From positions 1 to 63,196 of the IMG/VR virus record IMGVR_UViG_3300046171_000106: a stretch of DNA of 63,196 bases. One strand, given 5' to 3'. Source of the DNA: a virus (Duplodnaviria > Caudoviricetes). The notes beneath the pieces are model-generated. The model did not search any database and was not told the origin of the DNA. It saw only the letters and a program-made list of their open reading frames with translations. A program made the position numbers and the translations under genes. How positions within the stretch are numbered: position 1 is the first letter of the stretch; each line of letters starts with the position of its first letter. Shown in pieces: positions 52,511 to 62,361 of the stretch.

Positions 52511-53943
52511 TATGTTCCTCTTGGTGTATTACCCTGTGCATTTCTTGGTGAACCATCTGGGTTGTGAGTTGCACCATATTTTTTATTCCACTCATTTATT
52601 TGACCTCGAGACCTAACTCTAGACATAGAAGAAGTGGTATTTAATTTAGGTCTTGGTTTAACTGGTTCTGCAGCCTCTGTTGCAGCTTTTTCTGCAGCTT
52701 TAGATGCTTGTTCTCCAAGTCTATTACCTCTACCCAATTCAAAGTTTTCTAACTCAGACATAGTATCTTGACTTTTACCTCTAGCTACAGCTGCTACTCT
52801 ACCGACATATCTAAGTCTATCGATGTTCAATATTTCTTTAAAAGTAAGAGTTAAATTAATACCATTTGGGTAATGTTGTACTTTTAGATTCTTTTTATCA
52901 ATATCACCTACATTGACCTTTCCTTCGTCTATATCTTCTCTAGTTCTTGCATCTGCACCAGCAGACTCAATAAATGACATATCTTTACCACCAGAATAAT
53001 CGACATCTACAGTACTTAAGAAACAATTCTGTGGATGTTCTATGTGACCTAATATAGGGCCTTTGAAGTTAATCTCCCATTCTGCTGGTAATATTGATAT
53101 TCTAGGGTTTTTATTAGATGACATTGGTAGTGACATTAATTTAAACCAGTAAATAACATCTGTTATTTCCTCTGCATCAGCTTCATTATATGGATTTAAT
53201 GAGAATGAATAAGTATGTTCTCTCATTCCGACCCCAGAATAGTTTAAAAACTTAGGATTTGCAACTGCAACACCTTCTTGTTGTGCAGTTGCATTGAGCA
53301 TACTTTCTTTCATACCTCTAAAACCTTCCCTTACTGGGTCAAGTCCCCCAATAAGGCCTCCCCCAGAAGACATTATTTCATTTAATACTGACTCTCCTAA
53401 TCCGATATCTTTGGTCTCGTAATCTACACTTATGGTGTCTTTTACATTGTTAGGAAAGTATAACATAATAGTACATTCTTTCTGGGCTGCAGTCCACTTT
53501 TTCCCACCAAAACCACCTTCTGGTGCATCCATGTTTATACCATGTGCATTCTCATCTACATCATATGCATTACCTGCCATGTGTTCTTGGTCAAAGTTTC
53601 TTGGTATTGTTCTGAAACTAATCCAATTGTCAATAAATCTATCATTAGAGGTTGGAAATCTTAACAATAATCTATTAGATGGTGTCACTCTTGAACCATC
53701 TTCATTAACTCTTTCATCTGGATTCTTAATCTTTTTTCTTCTAGCTTCAGATGCAATTGCAGCTTCTTGAGTAACCTTTGATGGTATATTAGATATATTG
53801 ATACCTGTTTTCATTGCAATAAGGTCATCTAATGCACCTGCTATCTTAGAATTAAATAGTGCTTGTTTTCCACCCAATGCAGAATTCAAGTCTTCCTTTA
53901 TTGACCCTAATATAGACTCTTTAAGATTCTTAAAAAATTTCAT
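52510..53943 (-). CDS. gp48: baseplate tail-tube cap gp48 (start at MKFFK)
   Basis: LY.P, NP....Y.G...R...Y.F...P....A, C.L..V.VDY, L.L.F.E; late promoter at 53979-53986. Confidence 0.72.
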   Translation of the reverse strand: MKFFKNLKESILGSIKEDLNSALGGKQALFNSKIAGALDDLIAMKTGINISNIPSKVTQEAAIASEARRKKIKNPDERVNEDGSRVTPSNRLLLRFPTSNDRFIDNWISFRTIPRNFDQEHMAGNAYDVDENAHGINMDAPEGGFGGKKWTAAQKECTIMLYFPNNVKDTISVDYETKDIGLGESVLNEIMSSGGGLIGGLDPVREGFRGMKESMLNATAQQEGVAVANPKFLNYSGVGMREHTYSFSLNPYNEADAEEITDVIYWFKLMSLPMSSNKNPRISILPAEWEINFKGPILGHIEHPQNCFLSTVDVDYSGGKDMSFIESAGADARTREDIDEGKVNVGDIDKKNLKVQHYPNGINLTLTFKEILNIDRLRYVGRVAAVARGKSQDTMSELENFELGRGNRLGEQASKAAEKAATEAAEPVKPRPKLNTTSSMSRVRSRGQINEWNKKYGATHNPDGSPRNAQGNTPRGT

Positions 53944-53985
53944 ATAAATACTCTCTATAGATTTAGTTATGTATAAGGTATTTAT

Positions 53986-54420
53986 ATGAGTTACAAGGGA
54001 AGATTCAAACCAAAACAATATAAAAAGTATAAAGGTGACCCCACAAAAGTCATATATCGTTCTATGTGGGAATTGAGGTTTATGAAGTATTGTGATAAGA
54101 ATGATTCTATTCTAGAATGGAGTAGTGAAGAGATTGTGATACCTTATCGTTCTATTGACAATAAAGTCCATCGATATTACCCAGACTTCTGGATTAAATA
54201 CAAACAATATGATGGTAAGATGATTCAAGAGATAATAGAGGTCAAACCTAAGTCACAATGTAAACGACCTAGTAAGAAAGGTAAACACTATGGTAAGTAT
54301 CTTCGTGAGGCAAGAACTTATGCAATCAATGAATGTAAATGGGATGCAGCTAGAGAGTATTGTCTGGATAGAGGATATAAATTTAGAATATTAACAGAAG
54401 ACCACTTAGTACCGAAATGA
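53986..54420 (+). CDS. gp4: head completion nuclease gp4
   Basis: YKG.F.P....KY.GD, YRS.WE, W.SEE..IPY, HRY.PDF, EVKP. Confidence 0.93.
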   Translation: MSYKGRFKPKQYKKYKGDPTKVIYRSMWELRFMKYCDKNDSILEWSSEEIVIPYRSIDNKVHRYYPDFWIKYKQYDGKMIQEIIEVKPKSQCKRPSKKGKHYGKYLREARTYAINECKWDAAREYCLDRGYKFRILTEDHLVPK

Positions 54421-54566
54421 TTATATTAAAACTATTATTGGGATTGGGTACTAAGGAAGACTTTGACCCTACACCTATGAACATCTTTATTACTGGATTG
54501 ATTCTTGGTGCAAGTTTTCTTGGAACTGTATCCTTATTGATATATGTAGTATTGTCTATTATATAA
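54417..54566 (+). CDS. 49-aa membrane protein; not in ORF track
   Basis: ATGA overlap with the gp4 stop; MIILKLLLGLGTKEDFDPTPMNIFITGLILGASFLGTVSLLIYVVLSII. Confidence 0.55.
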   Translation: MIILKLLLGLGTKEDFDPTPMNIFITGLILGASFLGTVSLLIYVVLSII

Positions 54567-54608
54567 TAAAAAACCCAGAGGGTTCTTATGTTTCATTCTG
54601 GGTTTTTA
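54567..54608. terminator. bidirectional terminator
   Basis: AAAAACCCAG...CTGGGTTTTT between convergent genes. Confidence 0.65.
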
Positions 54609-54611
54609 AAA

Positions 54612-54686
54612 CCCACCTCTGGGGAAGGTTGCGAACCTTCAATATCTACCCAAGGTGGGGTCGTGTCTCTTTCGACATCTAGAGAC
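54612..54686 (-). ncRNA. candidate structured RNA element
   Basis: Nested GC-rich stems CCCACCT/AGGTGGG, TGGG/CCCA, GAAGGTT/AACCTTC, plus GTCTCT/AGAGAC. Confidence 0.3.
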
Positions 54687-54743
54687 TAACTCGCCGTTAC
54701 TTTATTCTATGTCATTTTTCCTCATACCTCACTTATTAAAATA

Positions 54744-55070
54744 TTATCCCCAAATTCTTTCTACTACATCGAAGTCAAAATCTTGTATTAAACTGTAGTC
54801 ACTTCTTTCACCACATGCAAGTTGAATTAACTCATCAACAGCTCTTTTTGCATCTTTCATATCATCACCCCACAATTTAGGGCCTTTGATTTGAGATTGT
54901 GCAAACATTGGATTGAACTCATTGTGTATATCGTAGTAAGTATAACCCCAACCAGCGTCTCTCTTTCTATGTAAGATAAACCCTTTGTAGATGAACTCTA
55001 CAGTGCTATCAGTCTTAACAACCTTGTTAAAATTCTTTTCGATTTCTTGGTAGTTTTCGTGGTGTCTCAT
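54744..55070 (-). CDS. hypothetical early protein
   Basis: AGGAG SD and its own sigma70 promoter. Confidence 0.65.
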   Translation of the reverse strand: MRHHENYQEIEKNFNKVVKTDSTVEFIYKGFILHRKRDAGWGYTYYDIHNEFNPMFAQSQIKGPKLWGDDMKDAKRAVDELIQLACGERSDYSLIQDFDFDVVERIWG

Positions 55071-55101
55071 TTTCTCCTTTGTTAACTCACTCTATACATA
55101 T

Positions 55102-55131
55102 ATTATACAAAAAAATGTACCTACTTGTCAA
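55102..55131 (-). promoter_or_regulatory. sigma70-type early promoter
   Basis: TTGACA-18nt-TATAAT with TG extension, back-to-back with the gp2 late promoter. Confidence 0.75.
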
Positions 55132-55136
55132 TGTGG

Positions 55137-55144
55137 TATAAATA
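55137..55144 (+). promoter_or_regulatory. late promoter for the gp2 operon
   Basis: TATAAATA 5 nt before the ATG. Confidence 0.8.
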
Positions 55145-55149
55145 CATAT

Positions 55150-55734
55150 ATGGCAGGTAAACTATTTGACAGATTAGAAAGAGAAGCGTTTCGTGGTGGT
55201 ATCCAAGCAAGGACTAAAGAGTCTATGAGATGGTTCAAACAAAGAGTATCCACAATTAAAGGTGTAAGTAGACAAGAACTACTGAGGGATGCAACTCAAC
55301 GAAAAAGACAAATCTTTGGTGATATGTACATGTATATGTACGACCCAAAACACAAAAAAACCTTACCTTATTATGATAGGTTTCCCTTGTGTATACCAGT
55401 AGAACCTGCTAAAGGTGGATTTTATGGATTGAATCTGCATTATTTACCTCACTCATTACGAGCTCAGTTTTTAGATGCATTATATGATACAACAAATAAT
55501 GATAAATATGATGAGACAACAAGATTTAGATTGACATATGATTTACTTAAACAAATAAGAGGTAAACCATTTTATAAAGCATGTTACAAACATTATCTAT
55601 CTTCACATGTAAGAAGTACATTTGCAAAGGTAGATAGTGCAGATTGGGAAATTGCAATATTTTTACCAACAGAGTCATTCAAGAAATCAAGTATGGATGC
55701 AGTTTGGAAAGAAAGTAGGAAAAAAATGGCATGA
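55150..55734 (+). CDS. gp2: DNA end protector gp2
   Basis: YDPK.K..LPYYD.FPL, GLNLHYL, K.YL..HV.S, W..A..LP...F. Confidence 0.93.
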   Translation: MAGKLFDRLEREAFRGGIQARTKESMRWFKQRVSTIKGVSRQELLRDATQRKRQIFGDMYMYMYDPKHKKTLPYYDRFPLCIPVEPAKGGFYGLNLHYLPHSLRAQFLDALYDTTNNDKYDETTRFRLTYDLLKQIRGKPFYKACYKHYLSSHVRSTFAKVDSADWEIAIFLPTESFKKSSMDAVWKESRKKMA

Positions 55735-56342
55735 AATTAGAAAGATTTAAGGCACAAATAGATAATTTACAACGAGGTAATAGATACAATGTTGCAATGT
55801 TTGGTACTGGTGCAAAGAATGGTGGTCTTAGTATCAGAGGTATTAAATGTGAATCTGCAACATTGCCTGGCAAAGGTTTCTTTACAGTAGAAGAATCAGA
55901 ATATGGCCCTAAGAGAGCAATACCACATAAACCACAATATGATGCATTTGATTGTTCATTCTTACTAGATAATAGTTTTGAAGATAGAGAATTAATTGAA
56001 TTGTGGATGTCTACTATAAATGGAAATGCAGAAGGTAATTTCCATAGTAGATTTCATGATGATTACACTGGTATTATCATGGTTGAGGCATTAGACAAAC
56101 AAGATAATGTTAACTATAGGTGTGTCATGACCGATGCATTTCCTGTACAACTAGGTGTAGTTAATCTTGGAAATGAAAATGGAGATATAACAAAATTTAA
56201 TGCACAGTTTCGATATAGATACTGGCATGGAGAGTTTACTAATTCTAAACCATCTAACCTGTTTATGGGTTTCATGGATAAACATTTAAGTAAATTCTCA
56301 AATAAAATTAAAGGTAAAATTGAAGACAAAATCTTCGGATAA
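55731..56342 (+). CDS. gp54: baseplate tail-tube initiator gp54-like
   Basis: Tube-like motifs R.NRY, CE...LPG, AFP, F.YR.W. Confidence 0.7.
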   Translation: MKLERFKAQIDNLQRGNRYNVAMFGTGAKNGGLSIRGIKCESATLPGKGFFTVEESEYGPKRAIPHKPQYDAFDCSFLLDNSFEDRELIELWMSTINGNAEGNFHSRFHDDYTGIIMVEALDKQDNVNYRCVMTDAFPVQLGVVNLGNENGDITKFNAQFRYRYWHGEFTNSKPSNLFMGFMDKHLSKFSNKIKGKIEDKIFG

Positions 56343-56358
56343 TCAATAGGAGTATATT

Positions 56359-57086
56359 ATGGCATTACCTAAATTAAATACTGTAGAGTATTTTTGTAAA
56401 CTACCTGTATCTGGTATTGAAGCAAAGTACCGACCTTTAATGTCAAGGAACAAAAAATATTGTTACAGACATTAGAAGATGGAACACCGAAAGCAATATC
56501 AAATGGTATGATGATGTTAATAAGGTCATGTTCAGAACTACAAGATGATAATTGGACAGTTGAGAAATTATCTAATACAGATTTAGAATGGTTGTTTATA
56601 CAAATCAGAATGAAATCTGTAGGTGAATCAACTAAAGTATTATTACCATGTGTTAATCAACAAAATGGATGTGAAGAGAAAACACCAGTCGAAATTGAAT
56701 TCGATAGGATGAAAATAATTGGTGAAATGAATGAACCTAAAGTGCAGATTACTGACACTGTAGGTGTAGTTTTAAGAATACCAAGTTATCTAGACATCCA
56801 AGATTTATATGAAAGTGGTGAAGATATCGATACAGATAACATCTTTAAAGTGTTGAATAAATGCATTGTACAAATATTTGATGCAGATGAAGTTCAAAAT
56901 AGAAGTGACTTTACTGAAAAAGAATTAGATGATTTTATGAACGAATTGTCAACTGAACAATTCAATAATGTGATGGAATGGTTTAATGAACTACCAAAAC
57001 TGGTAAAGAATGTGGAGTTTGAATGTAGTAAATGTAGTACTCATAATGAGGTAAAACTAGAAGGAATTCAGAATTTTTTCGTCTAG
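56359..57086 (+). CDS. gp26: baseplate hub assembly protein gp26 (frameshift near 56437)
   Basis: MALPKL..YRPF.VKE.K.LL, D.E.LF..IR.KSVGE, CxxC, LEG...FF. Confidence 0.88.
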
Positions 57087-57268
57087 CCCTTTCTCATGAA
57101 ACACTTGCAAATTACATTCAGACAAACTTTGGTTTAATTCAACACCACAATTGGTCATTGACCGAACTGGATGATATGCATCCTTGGGAAAGGGAGATAT
57201 ATGTCTCTCTACTAGTGTCTCATCTTGAAGATGAAGAATTGAAGATGAAACAACAACAGAACAGATAA
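57074..57268 (+). CDS. gp51: baseplate hub assembly catalyst gp51 (no own start codon; -1 frame relative to gp26); not in ORF track
   Basis: LALSHETLANYIQTNFGLIQHHNWSLTELDDMHPWEREIYVSLL; the M.PWEREIY motif is diagnostic. Confidence 0.85.
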   Translation, partial: FFRLALSHETLANYIQTNFGLIQHHNWSLTELDDMHPWEREIYVSLLVSHLEDEELKMKQQQNR

Positions 57269-57289
57269 CAGATAGAATAGGAGAGTATA

Positions 57290-57673
57290 ATGTCTGAGAA
57301 TAGAGAAAGATTCAGTGGTGACATGAGTCGTAATGAAGTTGAAATAGACTTAAGTAAGTTTATGGAAATGGTTACCGAAAACAATGACCTCAAACAACAA
57401 ATATTTGAGTTAACACATGATGATAAGACTAATCCATGGCAAAAATGGATATTCGCTGCAAGAGCAGTAGATAGTTGGAGAATATGGCCTCGTGCATTCT
57501 TAAGTGTATACATATTCTTAATATACTATGTAGTAATGTGGTTCATAGGATTAGAAGCACCAACAATGGAACAATCTGGTCTTATCAGTATTCTAGTTGG
57601 AGCAGGAGCTGCTTGGTTTGGACTATATGTCAACTCAGCTGCAAAAGAACACTCCACTAACAACGACAAATAG
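57290..57673 (+). CDS. two-TM membrane protein (holin-like?)
   Basis: GGAG SD; D.WRI.PR followed by two hydrophobic helices. Confidence 0.6.
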   Translation: MSENRERFSGDMSRNEVEIDLSKFMEMVTENNDLKQQIFELTHDDKTNPWQKWIFAARAVDSWRIWPRAFLSVYIFLIYYVVMWFIGLEAPTMEQSGLISILVGAGAAWFGLYVNSAAKEHSTNNDK

Positions 57674-57685
57674 ATAAATAGTATT

Positions 57686-59615
57686 ATGGCAGACGATATA
57701 AGCAACGAACAAGCAAGTGTATGGTTATCTCAGATTAATTTAGGTATTAGACAACTTAATGAAAATCTAAAATCCAAAGACTCTTTGAATAGTGTTGGAA
57801 ATCTTAAGAAAGCACTCAAAGAATCTAATTTATCAGATGAAGATACACAAAAAGTTATAAGTAAACAAGGTCTTATGGAACTTGGTTATGACTCAGAAGA
57901 TGCTGATATTCGTGTTGCCGCAAATGCTGAACTCAAACGACTTAGAGAGAAGCAAGAACAACTTAATCAACTCCAAGAACAGTTTGGTGGATTGTCTGCA
58001 AAAGACTCAACTACTCAAGAACAGATAGAATTTGACATCGATAGGATGTTAGAGATACAAAAGTTTGGTAGAGAATTAACTAAATTAGACAAAACTTTTC
58101 TAGGTGGTCTTGATAGACTACAAGGTAGTTTACAGGAACAATCTCAAAAGGGTGAAATAGGTTTAAAGGGTGCAATAGGTGGACTTAAGGGTGACTTAAG
58201 GAATGACTTTGATAAAGTAACTGCATTCTTAGGGGCCAGCTGCAACTGCATTGAGTAACTTACCATTCCTTGGTACTATTGTAAACTTTGGTACTAAACT
58301 AGTAAAACAAGGTGCATTACAACTCTTAAATATTATAAGAGGGTGGAAAGAAGGTAAGAAACAACACAAAGAAAGAGTTAAAATCGAAAATAAAAAAGTC
58401 AAACTATCCAAGAAAGAACAAGAAAGGATAAATCGTCAAAGGGCAAAAGAAGGTAAAGTTCCAGTAAAAAGGGATGGTACACCAGACAAAAGGTTTAAAG
58501 AGAAAAAGACTGATGATGATGGTAATGGATTGTTTGGTGCAGCTGCTGGTGCCATGGCATTAGGTGCTACTGCATCTGTATTTAATCCTATTACTATGAC
58601 TGCATTCGTAAGTGCATCTGCATTAGCAGCTGTTGGTCTTGGATTACTTGGTACTGGTATAGCAGCGTTTATGTCAATGGTTGGATTAGGTGCTGGAGTT
58701 TTAATTTACAAAATAATGCGTGGGTTTGCAAGAGGATTTGCAGAATTTGATGAGACTGGTGCTACCGATGCCCTTCAACGATTAGAAAAACTTGATTTAA
58801 TAAAGATTGCTGGTGGTCTAGCTGCACTTGCTGGAACATCTATGTTGAATTCAATTGCTGGATTACTTGCACTACTGCCTGGCGATGAAGCCCCATATAC
58901 AAAACTAGGTGAAGATGCAGCTGGGTTTGCTAATGCAGTCAATGGTAGTGGATTCTTAAGTATTGACACTGATGCTTTTGCAGCACAAACCTCTGCATTG
59001 TTTGGCCCTTCTGTTAAAAACTCATTTGCTGGTGTATTAGCCTTCTTTAAAGGTGATGCTACACCATTAACTGATTTAGGTGCAGATGCAGCTGGATTTG
59101 CAGAGAAAGTTAAACCATTCGAAGACATGGATGTAGATACCTTTGTTACTAACATTGAGAAAATCAAAGGTGTAATGTCGAATTTTGAACTACCAGAAAA
59201 TAAAGATGGTTTACTTAAGAGTATGTTTGGTGAAGGTGGTGTTGACCAACTAAAAGACCTTGCTGGTATTAAATTTGCAGATGCAGAACTTGGTGGTAAG
59301 TTAGAAAAACTAGGTGATGGTGTAGATATGGTATCTGCTGGTTTAGATAATTTGACTATTGATAAGGCAAAAGCTCTTGGTAGATTAGGTCATGAGATTG
59401 GTAAAAACTTTGATAACTTCAATCTAAACTTTGGTACTATACCACAAACTGCTGGTGCTGGTGCTGATATGACTGTTGCAGAAGGAGAAATGCAACCAAA
59501 TGTAAATGTGGTAAATACTGTATCAAGTCCAACTACAAATACTAATGTAAGAAGAACATACGCTGCAACTGGTGTTCCATTAATGCTTAATAGAGCTTAT
59601 CTGTCTCTACCTTAA
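57686..59615 (+). CDS. tape-measure / gp29-like protein (frameshift near 58235)
   Basis: Helical N-terminus, A/G-rich hydrophobic middle, N/T-rich C-terminus; follows gp26-gp51. Confidence 0.6.
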
Positions 59616-59799
59616 AATCCTTTCTATCGTATTTTGATTTATCTTTATGGACATGAGATTGTCCATGTTTAGGTGTCACTTTGCGTGACTTAACCTTTGG
59701 TTTCTTCTTACCAAATATCTTTTCCCAATTGTCTTGGTATAGTGTTCCTTCTGATGGGCGTTGTTTCGAACCTTTCCCACCATGCCATTGCTTTGTCAT
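59587..59799 (-). CDS. small basic protein
   Basis: 70 aa, K/R-rich, GGKGS..RP and HKDKSKYDRK motifs. Confidence 0.6.
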   Translation of the reverse strand: MTKQWHGGKGSKQRPSEGTLYQDNWEKIFGKKKPKVKSRKVTPKHGQSHVHKDKSKYDRKDFKVETDKLY

Positions 59800-59824
59800 A
59801 AGAAGTTTCCATAATATAAAGATG

Positions 59825-59995
59825 TTAGATTAGCCCCTCGTCTATTAAATAATATCCCGCTACCTAACCGATATCACACTGCCGCATTTGATATCTTACC
59901 ACGATGTATGTACCCAAACCTCAACCAGCCTACTTGGTACATTCTCTGAGTCAAGTGGTTACTCAGCCCCCCTAAGTCAATTCTATTACTGCATA
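59825..59995 (-). ncRNA. candidate late structured RNA or leader
   Basis: Three consecutive hairpins downstream of TATAAATA (59999-60006); no long ORF. Confidence 0.45.
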
Positions 59996-60034
59996 ATGTA
60001 TTTATAATTCAAATAGATTAGGAATTGACAATCC

Positions 60035-60928
60035 TTACACATCATTTGCAAGTTTTTGGAAATATGAGAGTGACTCATCTTCCTCTACATCTGTTGATAC
60101 AGTAGTAGGTTCTGCAACTGTTGGTTCTGGACTTGGATATGCAACATCGTCCATATCAGATGCAACCGAAGCTGCAGTTGATGTAGATGCTGTCATTCCT
60201 AAAACTCTGTCGAGTTTTTGTTTCAGTTCATCGTAAGATTTAAACTGGTCTGCACCAATAACATCTTTTAATGAATGTTGACTATTCCAGACTGCTTCCA
60301 TTCGTGCCTCATCATCTGATAATGGTTTTGGAGTTGCAAACTCTGATTTATCATAGTTCCAGTATCCATCTACTTTACGAACTTTGATTTTAAAGTCTGC
60401 ACCTTCCCATAAATCAAAAGGATTTACTGGTGTTTCATCTTGAAACTGTGGTTGCATTTTGTCTTTCAACATTTCGAAGATTTTCTTCCCATATCTAAAT
60501 AGGAATACTTTACCTTCATTCTCTGGATGTGTAGGGTCAGAAACTACAAGAATGTTTGACACATAGTGCAACCTTCTTTTCTGTTTCCTTGCTATATCCT
60601 TGTTTGACTCAAGACCAGAGTTCCACAATTCAGTATTGTGTTCTGATACTGGGTCTTTCTCATTAAGAGTCGTTAAAGACTTCTCAATGTACCATCCACC
60701 TGGCCCTTGGAAACCATGGTCAAAGTATTGAACCCAAGGCATATCCTCGTTCTGTGATGCTGGTAAGAATCTTACAACTGCATAACCATTACCAGTCTTA
60801 TCTAAGTCGATTTTCCAGTATCGGTCATCATTGTATGATTTAGTTTCAGTTCCACTAGATGATTGTTCTAGTGATTTCTGTAAGGTGTCGAATCCACCTC
60901 TAGATTTTTTTAAGTCTTGAAATGACAT
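60035..60928 (-). CDS. gp32: single-stranded DNA-binding protein gp32
   Basis: D.GNG.AV.RFLP, H.FQ..G.WYIE, P.NEGKVF, G.KIF, Y.NYD.S.F, acidic tail. Confidence 0.97.
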   Translation of the reverse strand: MSFQDLKKSRGGFDTLQKSLEQSSSGTETKSYNDDRYWKIDLDKTGNGYAVVRFLPASQNEDMPWVQYFDHGFQGPGGWYIEKSLTTLNEKDPVSEHNTELWNSGLESNKDIARKQKRRLHYVSNILVVSDPTHPENEGKVFLFRYGKKIFEMLKDKMQPQFQDETPVNPFDLWEGADFKIKVRKVDGYWNYDKSEFATPKPLSDDEARMEAVWNSQHSLKDVIGADQFKSYDELKQKLDRVLGMTASTSTAASVASDMDDVAYPSPEPTVAEPTTVSTDVEEDESLSYFQKLANDV

Positions 60929-60973
60929 AATTTTATCCTCGTATTAGCATTGTATTGCATTTTATTATTGTAT

Positions 60974-61780
60974 TCAAACTAAGTATCCTTCCAATGGAGA
61001 TATACTTAATTCGTCCTTCATTATATAATAGTCTATGTTTTGGAATCTGTCAACTAAAATCTTTAGTTGTTCTGTCTGGGATATCCAACCTTGGTCACCA
61101 GTCTCAACAAGTCTGTTGTTCTCTGGGTCGTCTTCTGTCCCATAACATCGAGTTCCAGCATAGATGTTATTATATTTAGTCGAATCGTAATTCCAAATAG
61201 AATCAAATCCAACAAAAACTACATTATCGTAGTCATGGTTCATAGATGCCATTGCAGCTGCAGTAGTACCTGCGAACCAATTCTCAAATAGATGGTAGTC
61301 TTCGACTGGGCCACCTATCTTTGAAATCTTATAGTCATCCTCTATTCCTATTGCTTGCATTTCTAGGATACCTACATTCCCATTACCCTTTCCATGCATA
61401 GTCACTTTAGAATGACTTGGGTCTATCCACTCTCTTACTGGTACACCCATTGTTCCTTTAATCACATTGTATTCTTCAAATCCTAATGGGTCTTCCCATT
61501 CTCCAGAAAAATAACATTTGTTGTATTTTGGATATCCTGCTTGACAACATTCACCCATGATACTGACATCTATAATGGTGAGATAGTCTGGTGTATAGTC
61601 ACGATATAGTGCATTACACCCCCATATGTCTCCATTAAGAGTCGTTAGGTCTAATCCTATCCTAGACTGACCATTACCTATAATGTATGCAGTACGACCC
61701 TCTGAGAGGTTTAAATACGACATTGCATTATCAATTTCCATCATTTCTTCTAATGTAGGTTCATGTGTTTCAAGAGTCAT
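60974..61780 (-). CDS. conserved protein with IIGNG.SR / GCNA.YRD / GFD motifs (glycosyltransferase or Maf-like fold)
   Basis: Motif pattern only. Confidence 0.5.
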   Translation of the reverse strand: MTLETHEPTLEEMMEIDNAMSYLNLSEGRTAYIIGNGQSRIGLDLTTLNGDIWGCNALYRDYTPDYLTIIDVSIMGECCQAGYPKYNKCYFSGEWEDPLGFEEYNVIKGTMGVPVREWIDPSHSKVTMHGKGNGNVGILEMQAIGIEDDYKISKIGGPVEDYHLFENWFAGTTAAAMASMNHDYDNVVFVGFDSIWNYDSTKYNNIYAGTRCYGTEDDPENNRLVETGDQGWISQTEQLKILVDRFQNIDYYIMKDELSISPLEGYLV

Positions 61781-62358
61781 ATATTTCTAATACCTTCTTT
61801 TTCAATATATCGTTATTGTATCCGATAAAACCTTGAGTCTTTTGCAATCTCTGTTTAACCTCAGGCCCAAACATATTGTTCTGATATTTTTACGCGGGAA
61901 CTCCATCCAACAAGGGCATCAAGTAATACTCCTGTTCCAAAAGATATGGATTTGGATAAAAGACACTGGAGAATGATAGGATGACTAGAATCGTTATTAT
62001 CAAATAGATTGTCCAGTTTTCCTTCAAGTGAGTTAAGGTGTCTGATATCTTTCTCGAAAGAGTAGAGAAGGGATTGGTTATACTTCTTCCACTCTGTATA
62101 GTTTTGTTTTGCTTCTTCACCAAATAAATCTCCTACCCAAAAATCCTTGTACATGAAGTTTGCAATATAGAAATCCTTAAGTTGTCCATTGTGTTGTTTC
62201 CTAAGTTTTGCAAACTGGAACTTATCATTTCTTTTGAGATAACTCTCAAATGATGCACTAACTTTTCCATTGTATCTATTAAAATCATAATCTGAATTAT
62301 AATGTAGTTTAATCCCTAGATATAATTTGTATGATTCATATCCAAATCTTGCATCCAC
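61770..62358 (-). CDS. gp59: helicase loader gp59 (frameshift near 61865)
   Basis: Y..Y...K.H....YD...Y.GK, F.KR.D...F.KL, Y.F..D; upstream of gp32. Confidence 0.85.
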
Positions 62359-62361
62359 CTA

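Noticed and set aside
638-53770. Numerous plus-strand ORFs in the track opposite the structural genes
   Set aside because: Antisense shadows of biased codon usage in minus-strand genes; no SD, promoter or recognisable motifs
53944-54018. Extended gp48 N-terminus in the ORF track
   Set aside because: It overlaps gp4 and the divergent late promoters; MKFFK at 53943 is the more plausible start
1565-62358. About 14 frameshifts in gp23, gp22, fibres, the DUF4815-like gene, gp7, gp5, hub, the gp26 N-terminus, tape measure and gp59, read as pseudogenes or programmed recoding
   Set aside because: They are single-base indels, mostly at homopolymers and many in essential genes, with conserved sequence continuing in the next frame. 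Sequencing or consensus error is the simplest explanation. Only the gp26/gp51 junction is kept as a candidate.
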